From NCBI RefSeq assembly GCF_009914755.1, contig NC_060929.1: a stretch of DNA of 64,000 nt. The stretch is one strand, 5' to 3'. The number at the start of each line of letters is the position of its first letter. Positions within the stretch are counted from its first letter, which is position 1. The stretch is from the human T2T-CHM13v2.0 reference genome, Homo sapiens. Below, in pieces: positions 25,483-36,900 of this stretch. The position numbers and the translations under genes are program-made. The notes below the pieces were generated by a model, which saw only the letters and a program-made list of their open reading frames with translations, searched no databases and was not told where the DNA came from.

Positions 25483-28400
25483 GTGCAATTGACAAGTGGA
25501 GATTTCAAGCGCTTTAAGGTCAATGGCAGAAAAGGAAATATCTTCGTTTCAAAACTAGACAGAATCATTCCCACAAACTGCGTTGTGATGTGTTCGTTCA
25601 TCTCACAGAGTTTAACCTTTCTTTTCATAGAGCAGTTAGGAAACACTCTGTTTGTTAATTCTGTAAGTGGATATTCTGACATCTTGTGGCCTTCGTTGGA
25701 AACGGGATTTCTTCATATTCTGCTAGACAGAAGAATTCTCAGAATCTTCCTTGTGTTGTGTGTATTCAACTCACACAGTTGAACGATGGTTTACACAGAG
25801 CAGATTTGAAACACTCTTTTTGTGGAATTTGGAAGTGGAGATTTCAGCCGCTTTGAGGTCAATGGTAGAAAAGGAAATATCTTCGTATAAAAACTAGACA
25901 GAATGATTCTCAGAAACTTCTTTGTGATGTGTGCGTTCAACTCACAGAGTTTAACCTTTCTTTTCATAGAGCAGTTAGGAAACACTCTGTTTGTAAACTC
26001 TGCAAGTGGATATTCAGACCTCTTTGAGGCCTTCGTTGGAAACGGGATTTCTTCATACTGTGCTAGACAGAAGAATTCTCAGTAACTTCCTTGTGTTGTG
26101 TGTATTCAACTCACAGAGTTGAACGATCCTTTACACAGAGCAGACTTGAAACACTCTTTTTGTGGAATTTGCAAGTGGAGATTTCAGCCGCGTTGAGGTC
26201 AATGGTAGAAAAGGAAATATCTTCGTATAAAAACTAGACAGAATGATTCTCAGAAACTCCTTTGAGATGTGTGTGTTCAACTCACAGAGTTTAACCTTTC
26301 TTTTCATAGAGCAGTTAGGAATCACTCTGTTTGTAAAGTCTGCAAGTGGATATTCAGACCTCTTTGAGGCCTTCGTTGGAAACGGGTTTTTTTCATATAA
26401 GGCTAGACAGAAGAATTCCCAGTAACTTCCTTGTGTTGTGTGTGTTCAACTCACAGAGTTGAACTTTCATTTACACAGAGCAGATTTGAAACACTCTTTT
26501 TGTGGAATTTGCAAATGGAGATTTCAAGCGCTTTGAGGCCAAAGGCAGAAAAGGAAATATCTTCGTATAAAAACTAGACAGAATCATTCTCAGAAACTGC
26601 TCTGCGATGTGTGCGTTCAACTCTCAGAGTTTAACTTTGCTTTTCATTCAGCAGTTTGGAAACACTCTGTTTGTAAAGTCTGCACGTGGATAATTTGACC
26701 ACTTAGAGGCCTTCGTTGGAAACGGGTTTTTTTCATGTAAGGCTAGACAGAAGAATTCTCAGTAACTTCCTTGTGTTGTGTGTATTCAACTCACAGAGTT
26801 GAACGATCCTTTACACAGAGCAGACTTGTAACACTCTTTTTGTGGAATTTGCAAGTGGAGATTTCAGCCGCTTTGAAGTCAAAGGTAGAAAAGGAAATAT
26901 CTTCCTATAAAAACTAGACAGAATGATTCTCAGAAACTCCTTTGTGATGTGTGCGTTCAACTCACAGAGTTTAACCTTTCTTTTCATAGAGGAGTTAGGA
27001 AACACTCTGTTTGTAAAGTCTGCAAGTGGATATTCAGACCTCTTTGAGGCCTTCGTTGGAAACGGGTTTTTTTCATATAAGGCTAGACAGAAGAATTCCC
27101 AGTAACTTCCTTGTGTTGTGTGTGTTCAACTCACAGAGTTGAACTTTCATTTACACAGAGCAGATTTGAAACACTCTTTTTGTGGAATTTGCAAGTGGAG
27201 ATTTCAAGCGCTTTGAGGCCAAAGGCAGAAAAGGAAATATCTTCGTATAAAAACTAGACAGAATCATTCTCAGAAACTGCTCTGTGATGTGTGCGTTCAA
27301 CTCTCAGAGTTTAACTTTTCTTTTCATTCAGCAGTTTGGAAACACTCTGTTTGTAAAGTCTGCACGTGGATAATTTGACCACTTAGAGGCCTTCGTTGGA
27401 AACGGGTTTTTTTCATGTAAGGCTAGACAGAAGAGTTCTCAGTAACTTCCTTGTGTTGTGTGTATTCAACTCACACAGTTGAACGATCCTTTACACAGAG
27501 CAGACTTGTAACACTCTTTTTGTGGAATTTGCAAGTGGAGATTTCAGCCGCTTTGAAGTCAAAGTAGAAAAGGAAATATCTTCCTATAAAAACTAGACAG
27601 AATGATTCTCAGAAACTCCTTTGTGATGTGTGCGTTCAACTCACAGAGTTTAACCTTTCTTTTCATAGAGCAGTTAGGAAACACTCTGTTTGTAAAGTCT
27701 GCAAGTGGATATTCAGACCTCTTTGAGGCCTTCGTTGGAAACGGGTTTTTTTCATATAAGGCTAGACAGAAGAATTCCCAGTAACTTCCTTGTGTTGTGT
27801 GTGTTCAACTCACAGAGTTGAACTTTCATTTACACAGAGCAGATTTGAAACACTCTTTTTGTGGAATTTGCAGGTGGAGATTTCAAGCGCTTTGAGGCCA
27901 AAGGCAGAAAAGGAAATATCTTCGTATAAAAACTAGACAGAATCATTCTCAGAAACTGCTCTGCGACGTGTGCGTTCAAGTCTCAGAGTTTAACTTTTCT
28001 TTTCATTCAGCAGTTTGGAAACACTCTGTTTGTAAAGTCTGCACGTGGATAATTTGACCACTTAGAGGCCTTCGTTGGAAACGGGTTTTTTTCATGTAAG
28101 GCTAGACAGAAGAATTCTCAGTAACTTCCTTGTGTTGTGTGTATTCAACTCACAGAGTTGAACGATCCTTTACACAGAGCAGACTTGTAACACTCTTTTT
28201 GTGGAATTTGCAAGTGGAGATTTCAGCCGCTTTGAAGTCAAAGGTAGAAAAGGAAATATCTTCCTATAAAAACTAGACAGAATGATTCTCAGAAACTCCT
28301 TTGTGATGTGTGCGTTCAACTCACAGAGTTTAACCTTTCTTTTCATAGAGCAGTTAGGAAACACTCTGCTTGTAAAGTCTGCAAGTGGATATTCAGCCCT

Positions 28401-28880
28401 CTTTGAGGCCTTCGTTGGAAACGGGTTTTTTTCATATAAGGCTAGACAGAAGAATTCCCAGTAACTTCCTTGTGTTGTGTGTGTTCAACTCACAGAGTTG
28501 AACTTTGATTTACACAGAGCAGATTTGAAACACTCTTTTTGTGGAATTTGCAAGTGGAGATTTCAAGCGCTTTGAGGCCAAAGGCAGAAAAGGAAATATC
28601 TTCGTATAAAAACTAGACAGAATCATTCTCAGAAACTGCTCTGCGATGTGTGCGTTCAACTCTCAGAGTTTAACTTTTCTTTTCATTCAGCAGTTTGGAA
28701 ACACTCTGTTTGTAAAGTCTGCACGTGGATATTTTGACCACTTAGAGGCCTTCGTTGGAAACGGGTTTTTTTCCTGTAAGGCTAGACAGAAGAATTCCCA
28801 GTAACTTCCTTGTGTTGTGTACATTCAACTCACAGAGTTGAACGTTCCCTTAGACAGAGCAGATTTGAAACACTCTTTTT
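25483..28880 (+). repeat. 20-mer HOR unit
   Basis: 3398-bp spacing. Confidence 0.92.
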
Positions 28881-31800
28881 GTGCAATTGGCAAGTGGAGA
28901 TTTCAAGCGCTTTAAGGTCAATGGCAGAAAAGGAAATATCTTCGTTTCAAAACTAGACAGAATCATTCCCACAAACTGCGTTGTGATGTGTTCGTTCATC
29001 TCACAGAGTTTAACCTTTCTTTTCATAGAGCAGTTAGGAAACACTCTGTTTGTAAATTCTGTAAGTGGATATTCTGACATCTTGTGGCCTTCGTTGGAAA
29101 CGGGATTTCTTCATATTCTGCTAGACAGAAGAATTCTCAGAATCTTCCTTGTGTTGTGTGTATTCAACTCACACAGTTGAACGATGGTTTACACAGAGCA
29201 GATTTGAAACACTCTTTTTGTGGAATTTGCAAGTGGAGATTTCAGCCGCTTTGAGGTCAATGGTAGAAAAGGAAATATCTTCGTATAAAAACTAGACAGA
29301 ATGATTCTCAGAAACTTCTTTGTGATGTGTGCGTTCAACTCACAGAGTTTAACCTTTCTTTTCATAGAGCAGTTAGGAAACACTCTGTTTGTAAACTCTG
29401 CAAGTGGATATTCAGACCTCTTTGAGGCCTTCGTTGGAAACGGGATTTCTTCATACTGTGCTAGACAGAAGAATTCTCAGTAACTTCCTTGTGTTGTGTG
29501 TATTCAACTCACAGAGTTGAACGATCCTTTACACAGAGCAGACTTGAAACACTCTTTTTGTGGAATTTGCAAGTGGAGATTTCAGCCGCGTTGAGGTCAA
29601 TGGTAGAAAAGGAAATATCTTCGTATAAAAACTAGACAGAATGATTCTCAGAAACTCCTTTGAGATGTGTGTGTTCAACTCACAGAGTTTAACCTTTCTT
29701 TTCATAGAGCAGTTAGGAATCACTCTGTAAAGTCTGCAAGTGGATATTCAGACCTCTTTGAGGCCTTCGTTGGAAACGGGTTTTTTTCATATAAGGCTAG
29801 ACAGAAGAATTCCCAGTAACTTCCTTGTGTTGTGTGTGTTCAACTCACAGAGTTGAACTTTCATTTACACAGAGCAGATTTGAAACACTCTTTTTGTGGA
29901 ATTTGCAAATGGAGATTTCAAGCGCTTTGAGGCCAAAGGCAGAAAAGGAAATATCTTCGTATAAAAACTAGACAGAATCATTCTCAGAAACTGCTCTGCG
30001 ATGTGTGCGTTCAACTCTCAGAGTTTAACTTTGCTTTTCATTCAGCAGTTTGGAAACACTCTGTTTGTAAAGTCTGCACGTGGATAATTTGACCACTTAG
30101 AGGCCTTCGTTGGAAACGGGTTTTTTTCATGTAAGGCTAGACAGAAGAATTCTCAGTAACTTCCTTGTGTTGTGTGTATTCAACTCACAGAGTTGAACGA
30201 TCCTTTACACAGAGCAGACTTGTAACACTCTTTTTGTGGAATTTGCAAGTGGAGATTTCAGCCGCTTTGAAGTCAAAGGTAGAAAAGGAAATATCTTCCT
30301 ATAAAAACTAGACAGAATGATTCTCAGAAACTCCTTTGTGATGTGTGCGTTCAACTCACAGAGTTTAACCTTTCTTTTCATAGAGGAGTTAGGAAACACT
30401 CTGTTTCTAAAGTCTGCAAGTGGATATTCAGACCTCTTTGAGGCCTTCGTTGGAAACGGGTTTTTTTCATATAAGGCTAGACAGAAGAATTCCCAGTAAC
30501 TTCCTTGTGTTGTGTGTGTTCAACTCACAGAGTTGAACTTTCATTTACACAGAGCAGATTTGAAACACTCTTTTTGTGGAATTTGCAAGTGGAGATTTCA
30601 AGCGCTTTGAGGCCAAAGGCAGAAAAGGAAATATCTTCGTATAAAAACTAGACAGAATCATTCTCAGAAACTGCTCTGTGATGTGTGCGTTCAACTCTCA
30701 GAGTTTAACTTTTCTTTTCATTCAGCAGTTTGGAAACACTCTGTTTGTAAAGTCTGCACGTGGATAATTTGACCACTTAGAGGCCTTCGTTGGAAACGGG
30801 TTTTTTTCATGTAAGGCTAGACAGAAGAGTTCTCAGTAACTTCCTTGTGTTGTGTGTATTCAACTCACACAGTTGAACGATCCTTTACACAGAGCAGACT
30901 TGTAACACTCTTTTTGTGGAATTTGCAAGTGGAGATTTCAGCCGCTTTGAAGTCAAAGTAGAAAAGGAAATATCTTCCTATAAAAACTAGACAGAATGAT
31001 TCTCAGAAACTTCTTTGTGATGTGTGCGTTCAACTCACAGAGTTTAACCTTTCTTTTCATAGAGCAGTTAGGAAACACTCTGTTTGTAAACTCTGCAAGT
31101 GGATATTCAGACCTCTTTGAGGCCTTCGTTGGAAACGGGATTTCTTCATACTGTGCTAGACAGAAGAATTCTCAGTAACTTCCTTGTGTTGTGTGTATTC
31201 AACTCACAGAGTTGAACGATCCTTTACACAGAGCAGACTTGAAACACTCTTTTTGTGGAATTTGCAAGTGGAGATTTCAGCCGCGTTGAGGTCAATGGTA
31301 GAAAAGGAAATATCTTCGTATAAAAACTAGACAGAATGATTCTCAGAAACTCCTTTGAGATGTGTGTGTTCAACTCACAGAGTTTAACCTTTCTTTTCAT
31401 AGAGCAGTTAGGAATCACTCTGTTTGTAAAGTCTGCAGGTGGATATTCAGACCTCTTTGAGGCCTTCGTTGGAAACGGGTTTTTTTCATATAAGGCTAGA
31501 GAGAAGAATTCCCAGTAACTTCCTTGTGTTGTGTGTGTTCAACTCACAGAGTTGAACTTTCATTTACACAGAGCAGATTTGAAACACTCTTTTTGTGGAA
31601 TTTGCAAGTGGAGATTTCAAGCGCTGTGAAGCCAAAGGCAGAAAAGGAAATATCTTCGTATAAAAACTAGACAGAATCATTCTCAGAAACTGCTCTGCGA
31701 TGTGTGCGTTCAACTCTCAGAGTTTAACTTTTCTTTTCATTCAGCAGTTTGGAAACACTCTGTTTGTAAAGTCTGCACGTGGATAATTTGACCACTTAGA

Positions 31801-33973
31801 GGCCTTCGTTGGAAACGGGTTTTTTTCATGTAAGGCTAGACAGAAGAATTCTCAGTAACTTCCTTGTGTTGTGTGTATTCAACTCACACGGTTGAACGAT
31901 CCTTTACACAGAGCAGACTTGTAACACTCTTTTTGTGGAATTTGCAAGTGGAGATTTCAGCCGCTTTGAAGTCAAAGGTAGAAAAGGAAATATCTTCCTA
32001 TAAAAACTAGACAGAATGATTCTCAGAAACTCCTTTGTGATGTGTGCGTTCAACTCACAGAGTTTAACCTTTCTTTTCATAGAGCAGTTAGGAAACACTC
32101 TGTTTGTAAAGTCTGCAAGTGGATATTCAGACCTCTTTGAGGCCTTCGTTGGAAACGGGTTTTTGTCATATAAGGCTAGACAGAAGAATTCCCACTAACT
32201 TCCTTGTGTTGTGTGTGTTCAACTCACAGAGTTGAACTTTCATTTACACAGAGCAGATTTGAAACACTCTTTTTGTGGAATTTGCAAGTGGAGATTTCAA
32301 GCGCTTTGAGGCCAAAGGCAGAAAAGGAAATATCTTCGTATAAAAACTAGACAGAATCATTCTCAGAAACTGCTCTGTGATGTGTGCGTTCAACTCTCAG
32401 AGTTTAACTTTTCTTTTCATTCAGCAGTTTGGAAACACTCTGTTTGTAAAGTCTGCACGTGGATAATTTGACCACTTAGAGGCCTTCGTTGGAAACGGGT
32501 TTTTTTCATGTAAGGCTAGACAGAAGAGTTCTCAGTAACTTCCTTGTGTTGTGTGTATTCAACTCACACAGTTGAACGATCCTTTACACAGAGCAGACTT
32601 GTAACACTCTTTTTGTGGAATTTGCAAGTGGAGATTTCAGCCGCTTTGAAGTCAAAGTAGAAAAGGAAATATCTTCCTATAAAAACTAGACAGAATGATT
32701 CTCAGAAACTCCTTTGTGATGTGTGCGTTCAACTCACAGAGTTTAACCTTTCTTTTCATAGAGCAGTTAGGAAACACTCTGTTTGTAAAGTCTGCAAGTG
32801 GATATTCAGACCTCTTTGAGGCCTTCGTTGGAAACGGGTTTTTTTCATATAAGGCTAGACAGAAGAATTCCCAGTAACTTCCTTGTGTTGTGTGTGTTCA
32901 ACTCACAGAGTTGAACTTTCATTTACACAGAGCAGATTTGAAACACTCTTTTTGTGGAATTTGCAGGTGGAGATTTCAAGCGCTTTGAGGCCAAAGGCAG
33001 AAAAGGAAATATCTTCGTATAAAAACTAGACAGAATCATTCTCAGAAACTGCTCTGCGATGTGTGCGTTCAAGTCTCAGAGTTTAACTTTTCTTTTCATT
33101 CAGCAGTTTGGAAACACTCTGTTTGTAAAGTCTGCACGTGGATAATTTGACCACTTAGAGGCCTTCGTTGGAAACGGGTTTTTTTCATGTAAGGCTAGAC
33201 AGAAGAATTCTCAGTAACTTCCTTGTGTTGTGTGTATTCAACTCACAGAGTTGAACGATCCTTTACACAGAGCAGACTTGTAACACTCTTTTTGTGGAAT
33301 TTGCAAGTGGAGATTTCAGCCGCTTTGAAGTCAAAGGTAGAAAAGGAAATATCTTCCTATAAAAACTAGACAGAATGATTCTCAGAAACTCCTTTGTGAT
33401 GTGTGCGTTCAACTCACAGAGTTTAACCTTTCTTTTCATAGAGCAGTTAGGAAACACTCTGCTTGTAAAGTCTGCAAGTGGATATTCAGCCCTCTTTGAG
33501 GCCTTCGTTGGAAACGGGTTTTTTTCATATAAGGCTAGACAGAAGAATTCCCAGTAACTTCCTTGTGTTGTGTGTGTTCAACTCACAGAGTTGAACTTTG
33601 ATTTACACAGAGCAGATTTGAAACACTCTTTTTGTGGAATTTGCAAGTGGAGATTTCAAGCGCTTTGAGGCCAAAGGCAGAAAAGGAAATATCTTCGTAT
33701 AAAAACTAGACAGAATCATTCTCAGAAACTGCTCTGCGATGTGTGCGTTCAACTCTCAGAGTTTAACTTTTCTTTTCATTCAGCAGTTTGGAAACACTCT
33801 GTTTGTAAAGTCTGCACGTGGATATTTTGACCACTTAGAGGCCTTCGTTGGAAACGGGTTTTTTTCCTGTAAGGCTAGACAGAAGAATTCCCAGTAACTT
33901 CCTTGTGTTGTGTACATTCAACTCACAGAGTTGAACGTTCCCTTAGACAGAGCAGATTTGAAACACTCTTTTT
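28881..33973 (+). repeat. 30-mer HOR variant (5093 bp, with a 4-bp deletion) containing a hybrid E/B dimer
   Basis: Marker spacing 28881 to 33974; B and C sequence reappears at ~31010-31520 without a preceding A dimer. Confidence 0.9.
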
Positions 33974-36900
33974 GTGCAATTGGCAAGTGGAGATTTCAAG
34001 CGCTTTAAGGTCAATGGCAGAAAAGGAAATATCTTCGTTTCAAAACTAGACAGAATCATTCCCACAAACTGCGTTGTGATGTGTTCGTTCATCTCACAGA
34101 GTTTAACCTTTCTTTTCATAGAGCAGTTAGGAAACACTCTGTTTGTAAATTCTGTAAGTGGATATTCTGACATCTTGTGGCCTTCGTTGGAAACGGGATT
34201 TCTTCATATTCTGCTAGACAGAAGAATTCTCAGAATCTTCCTTGTGTTGTGTGTATTCAACTCACACAGTTGAACGATGGTTTACACAGAGCAGATTTGA
34301 AACACTCTTTTTGTGGAATTTGCAAGTGGAGATTTCAGCCGCTTTGAGGTCAATGGTAGAAAAGGAAATATCTTCGTATAAAAACTAGACAGAATGATTC
34401 TCAGAAACTTCTTTGTGATGTGTGCGTTCAACTCACAGAGTTTAACCTTTCTTTTCATAGAGCAGTTAGGAAACACTCTGTTTGTAAACTCTGCAAGTGG
34501 ATATTCAGACCTCTTTGAGGCCTTCGTTGGAAACGGGATTTCTTCATACTGTGCTAGACAGAAGAATTCTCAGTAACTTCCTTGTGTTGTGTGTATTCAA
34601 CTCACAGAGTTGAACGATCCTTTACACAGAGCAGACTTGAAACACTCTTTTTGTGGAATTTGCAAGTGGAGATTTCAGCCGCGTTGAGGTCAATGGTAGA
34701 AAAGGAAATATCTTCGTATAAAAACTAGACAGAATGATTCTCAGAAACTCCTTTGAGATGTGTGTGTTCAACTCACAGAGTTTAACCTTTCTTTTCATAG
34801 AGCAGTTAGGAATCACTCTGTTTGTAAAGTCTGCAAGTGGATATTCAGACCTCTTTGAGGCCTTCGTTGGAAACGGGTTTTTTTCATATAAGGCTAGACA
34901 GAAGAATTCCCAGTAACTTCCTTGTGTTGTGTGTGTTCAACTCACAGAGTTGAACTTTCATTTACACAGAGCAGATTTGAAACACTCTTTTTGTGGAATT
35001 TGCAAATGGAGATTTCAAGCGCTTTGAGGCCAAAGGCAGAAAAGGAAATATCTTCGTATAAAAACTAGACAGAATCATTCTCAGAAACTGCTCTGCGATG
35101 TGTGCGTTCAACTCTCAGAGTTTAACTTTGCTTTTCATTCAGCAGTTTGGAAACACTCTGTTTGTAAAGTCTGCACGTGGATAATTTGACCACTTAGAGG
35201 CCTTCGTTGGAAACGGGTTTTTTTCATGTAAGGCTAGACAGAAGAATTCTCAGTAACTTCCTTGTGTTGTGTGTATTCAACTCACAGAGTTGAACGATCC
35301 TTTACACAGAGCAGACTTGTAACACTCTTTTTGTGGAATTTGCAAGTGGAGATTTCAGCCGCTTTGAAGTCAAAGGTAGAAAAGGAAATATCTTCCTATA
35401 AAAACTAGACAGAATGATTCTCAGAAACTCCTTTGTGATGTGTGCGTTCAACTCACAGAGTTTAACCTTTCTTTTCATAGAGCAGTTAGGAAACACTCTG
35501 TTTCTAAAGTCTGCAAGTGGATATTCAGACCTCTTTGAGGCCTTCGTTGGAAACGGGTTTTTTTCATATAAGGCTAGACAGAAGAATTCCCAGTAACTTC
35601 CTTGTGTTGTGTGTGTTCAACTCACAGAGTTGAACTTTCATTTACACAGAGCAGATTTGAAACACTCTTTTTGTGGAATTTGCAAGTGGAGATTTCAAGC
35701 GCTTTGAGGCCAAAGGCAGAAAAGGAAATATCTTCGTATAAAAACTAGACAGAATCATTCTCAGAAACTGCTCTGTGATGTGTGCGTTCAACTCTCAGAG
35801 TTTAACTTTTCTTTTCATTCAGCAGTTTGGAAACACTCTGTTTGTAAAGTCTGCACGTGGATAATTTGACCACTTAGAGGCCTTCGTTGGAAACGGGTTT
35901 TTTTCATGTAAGGCTAGACAGAAGAGTTCTCAGTAACTTCCTTGTGTTGTGTGTATTCAACTCACACAGTTGAACGATCCTTTACACAGAGCAGACTTGT
36001 AACACTCTTTTTGTGGAATTTGCAAGTGGAGATTTCAGCCGCTTTGAAGTCAAAGTAGAAAAGGAAATATCTTCCTATAAAAACTAGACAGAATGATTCT
36101 CAGAAACTCCTTTGTGATGTGTGCGTTCAACTCACAGAGTTTAACCTTTCTTTTCATAGAGCAGTTAGGAAACACTCTGTTTGTAAAGTCTGCAAGTGGA
36201 TATTCAGACCTCTTTGAGGCCTTCGTTGGAAACGGGTTTTTTTCATATAAGGCTAGACAGAAGAATTCCCAGTAACTTCCTTGTGTTGTGTGTGTTCAAC
36301 TCACAGAGTTGAACTTTCATTTACACAGAGCAGATTTGAAACACTCTTTTTGTGGAATTTGCAGGTGGAGATTTCAAGCGCTTTGAGGCCAAAGGCAGAA
36401 AAGGAAATATCTTCGTATAAAAACTAGACAGAATCATTCTCAGAAACTGCTCTGCGATGTGTGCGTTCAACTCTCAGAGTTTAACTTTTCTTTTCATTCA
36501 GCAGTTTGGAAACACTCTGTTTGTAAAGTCTGCACGTGGATAATTTGACCACTTAGAGGCCTTCGTTGGAAACGGGTTTTTTTCATGTAAGGCTAGACAG
36601 AAGAATTCTCAGTAACTTCCTTGTGTTGTGTGTATTCAACTCACAGAGTTGAACGATCCTTTACACAGAGCAGACTTGTAACACTCTTTTTGTGGAATTT
36701 GCAAGTGGAGATTTCAGCCGCTTTGAAGTCAAAGGTAGAAAAGGAAATATCTTCCTATAAAAACTAGACAGAATGATTCTCAGAAACTCTTTTGTGATGT
36801 GTGCGTTCAACTCACAGAGTTTAACCTTTCTTTTCATAGAGCAGTTAGGAAACACTCTGCTTGTAAAGTCTGCAAGTGGATATTCAGCCCTCTTTGAGGC

